The translations under genes were made by a program, and so were the position numbers. Of a stretch of 64,000 nucleotides of DNA, positions 63,114-64,000 are shown in pieces. Origin of the DNA: an uncultured delta proteobacterium (GTDB lineage: Bacteria; Desulfobacterota; Binatia; UBA9968). Where the stretch lies: contig CAWFJP010000003.1 in NCBI GenBank assembly GCA_963816145.1, positions 1 to 64,000 of the forward strand, read 5' to 3'. The notes under the pieces are model-generated. The model had not been told where the DNA came from. It did no database searches and saw nothing but the letters and a program-made list of their open reading frames with translations. Position 1 is the stretch's first letter. The number at the start of each line of letters is the position of its first letter.

Positions 63114-63509
63114 ATGGACGGAGAAAACAATCTCGATAATGACACAGCTGAAGCGGTTGGCGGCGAACCGGCGCCAACTCAGTCCAATCTGCCGCTAGTG
63201 ATCACCTTGGTAGCCCTGCTCACTTATTTCGGCTTTCAAACCTTCTCCCTGCTCGCGGAACGGGGCAACCTGGGCCATGTGAAGAGCAGCCAAGAAAATG
63301 CACTCCAAGAAGCCCAGAAGATCCAGTCCCAATTCCGAACCCTGGTGACCAAGACCGGCGAGCTCGCCGACAAAGGCCACTCCGGCGCGAAGTTGGTGAT
63401 GGAAGGGTTGCAGCGCCAGGGCATGGGCATGGCCGGTCCCGCTGCTAAGGCTGCAGAGAAAACTCCAGAAAACGTTCCAGAAAAGGCCGAAGCGAAACCC
63501 GCCAAATAG
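63114..63509 (+). CDS. small single-TM coiled-coil hypothetical protein
   Basis: GAGG RBS before ATG 63114; TM helix, coiled coil, AKPAK tail. Confidence 0.7.
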   Translation: MDGENNLDNDTAEAVGGEPAPTQSNLPLVITLVALLTYFGFQTFSLLAERGNLGHVKSSQENALQEAQKIQSQFRTLVTKTGELADKGHSGAKLVMEGLQRQGMGMAGPAAKAAEKTPENVPEKAEAKPAK

Positions 63510-63668
63510 TTTTCTCCAAGCCATTCAGTTAGCCCCTCTGACGGGTTAGCGCAACGTAACGCGAGAATTGGTTTGCGTTAAATCAAATGAATTGTCGATA
63601 GCGTCGGGTAAGCTGCGCTAATCCGACCTATACCTGCTGCCGCATCCCTGACAATTTGCCATTTCTTA

Positions 63669-63697
63669 TTGACCCTCCGCAAAATTACCTTTAGCTT
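63669..63697 (+). promoter_or_regulatory. putative sigma70 promoter
   Basis: TTGACC-N17-TAGCTT upstream of the Lhr start. Confidence 0.4.
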
Positions 63698-63727
63698 GAA
63701 ATTCTCCATGCAGCGGGGAATTCCAGC

Positions 63728-64000
63728 TTGAAAGATTTGTTCCATCCGTTAATTCAGCGCTGGTTCACCGAGCGCTTTCACGAGCCGACGCCAGCGCAGC
63801 TCCAGGGTTGGGAGTCGATCGCCGCGGGGCAGGCGACGTTGATCGCGGCGCCGACCGGTTCCGGCAAGACTCTCGCGGCATTTCTTTGGTCCATCGACCG
63901 TTTGGTCAAGCAGGCGCTGTGCGGCGCGCTGGGTGAGCGCACCAGCGTCGTCTATGTCTCGCCTCTCAAAGCTCTTGGCAACGATATCGCCAAGAACCTA
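63728..64000 (+). CDS. lhr: Lhr-family DEAD/DEAH helicase (5' part, runs off the window)
   Basis: FHPLIQRWF...PTPAQ...APTGSGKTLAAF...YVSPLKALGND; absent from the ORF track. Confidence 0.88.
   Translation, partial: MKDLFHPLIQRWFTERFHEPTPAQLQGWESIAAGQATLIAAPTGSGKTLAAFLWSIDRLVKQALCGALGERTSVVYVSPLKALGNDIAKNL

Overview
Bacterial genomic window; the gene style (Bug/TctC-like and NMT1-like binding proteins, deltaproteobacterial-type icd-mdh-sucCD-ndk-rlmN-mtnP block) suggests Binatota or a related lineage, which is inference only. It has three zones. (1) 1-20.7 kb is an accessory, decaying region: a secreted SMP-30/gluconolactonase-like protein with a long structured leader, two toxin-antitoxin pairs among RAYT-like remnants and repeats, a sigma54-preceded nucleotidyltransferase, a di-heme cytochrome c, transport proteins, several pseudogenes and a TPP-riboswitch-like half-aptamer. 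(2) 20.7-37.7 kb is a two-gene hybrid NRPS-PKS: CAL(oxalyl-CoA-ligase-like)-T-C-A(non-canonical, no Asp)-T-C-A(Thr)-T followed by KS-AT(malonyl)-ACP-aminotransferase-C-A(Gly)-T. It has no thioesterase and is followed by a degraded A-domain gene; this is the most novel-looking system here. (3) 38-64 kb is housekeeping: ftsH, complete ccmABCDEFGH/I, icd-mdh-sucCD-ndk-rlmN-mtnP-pfkB-GT2-ugd-uxs-galE-lepA-lepB, two small membrane proteins and the start of an Lhr helicase. No tRNA, rRNA, CRISPR array or intact transposase was seen. Domain boundaries and motif calls were made by eye.
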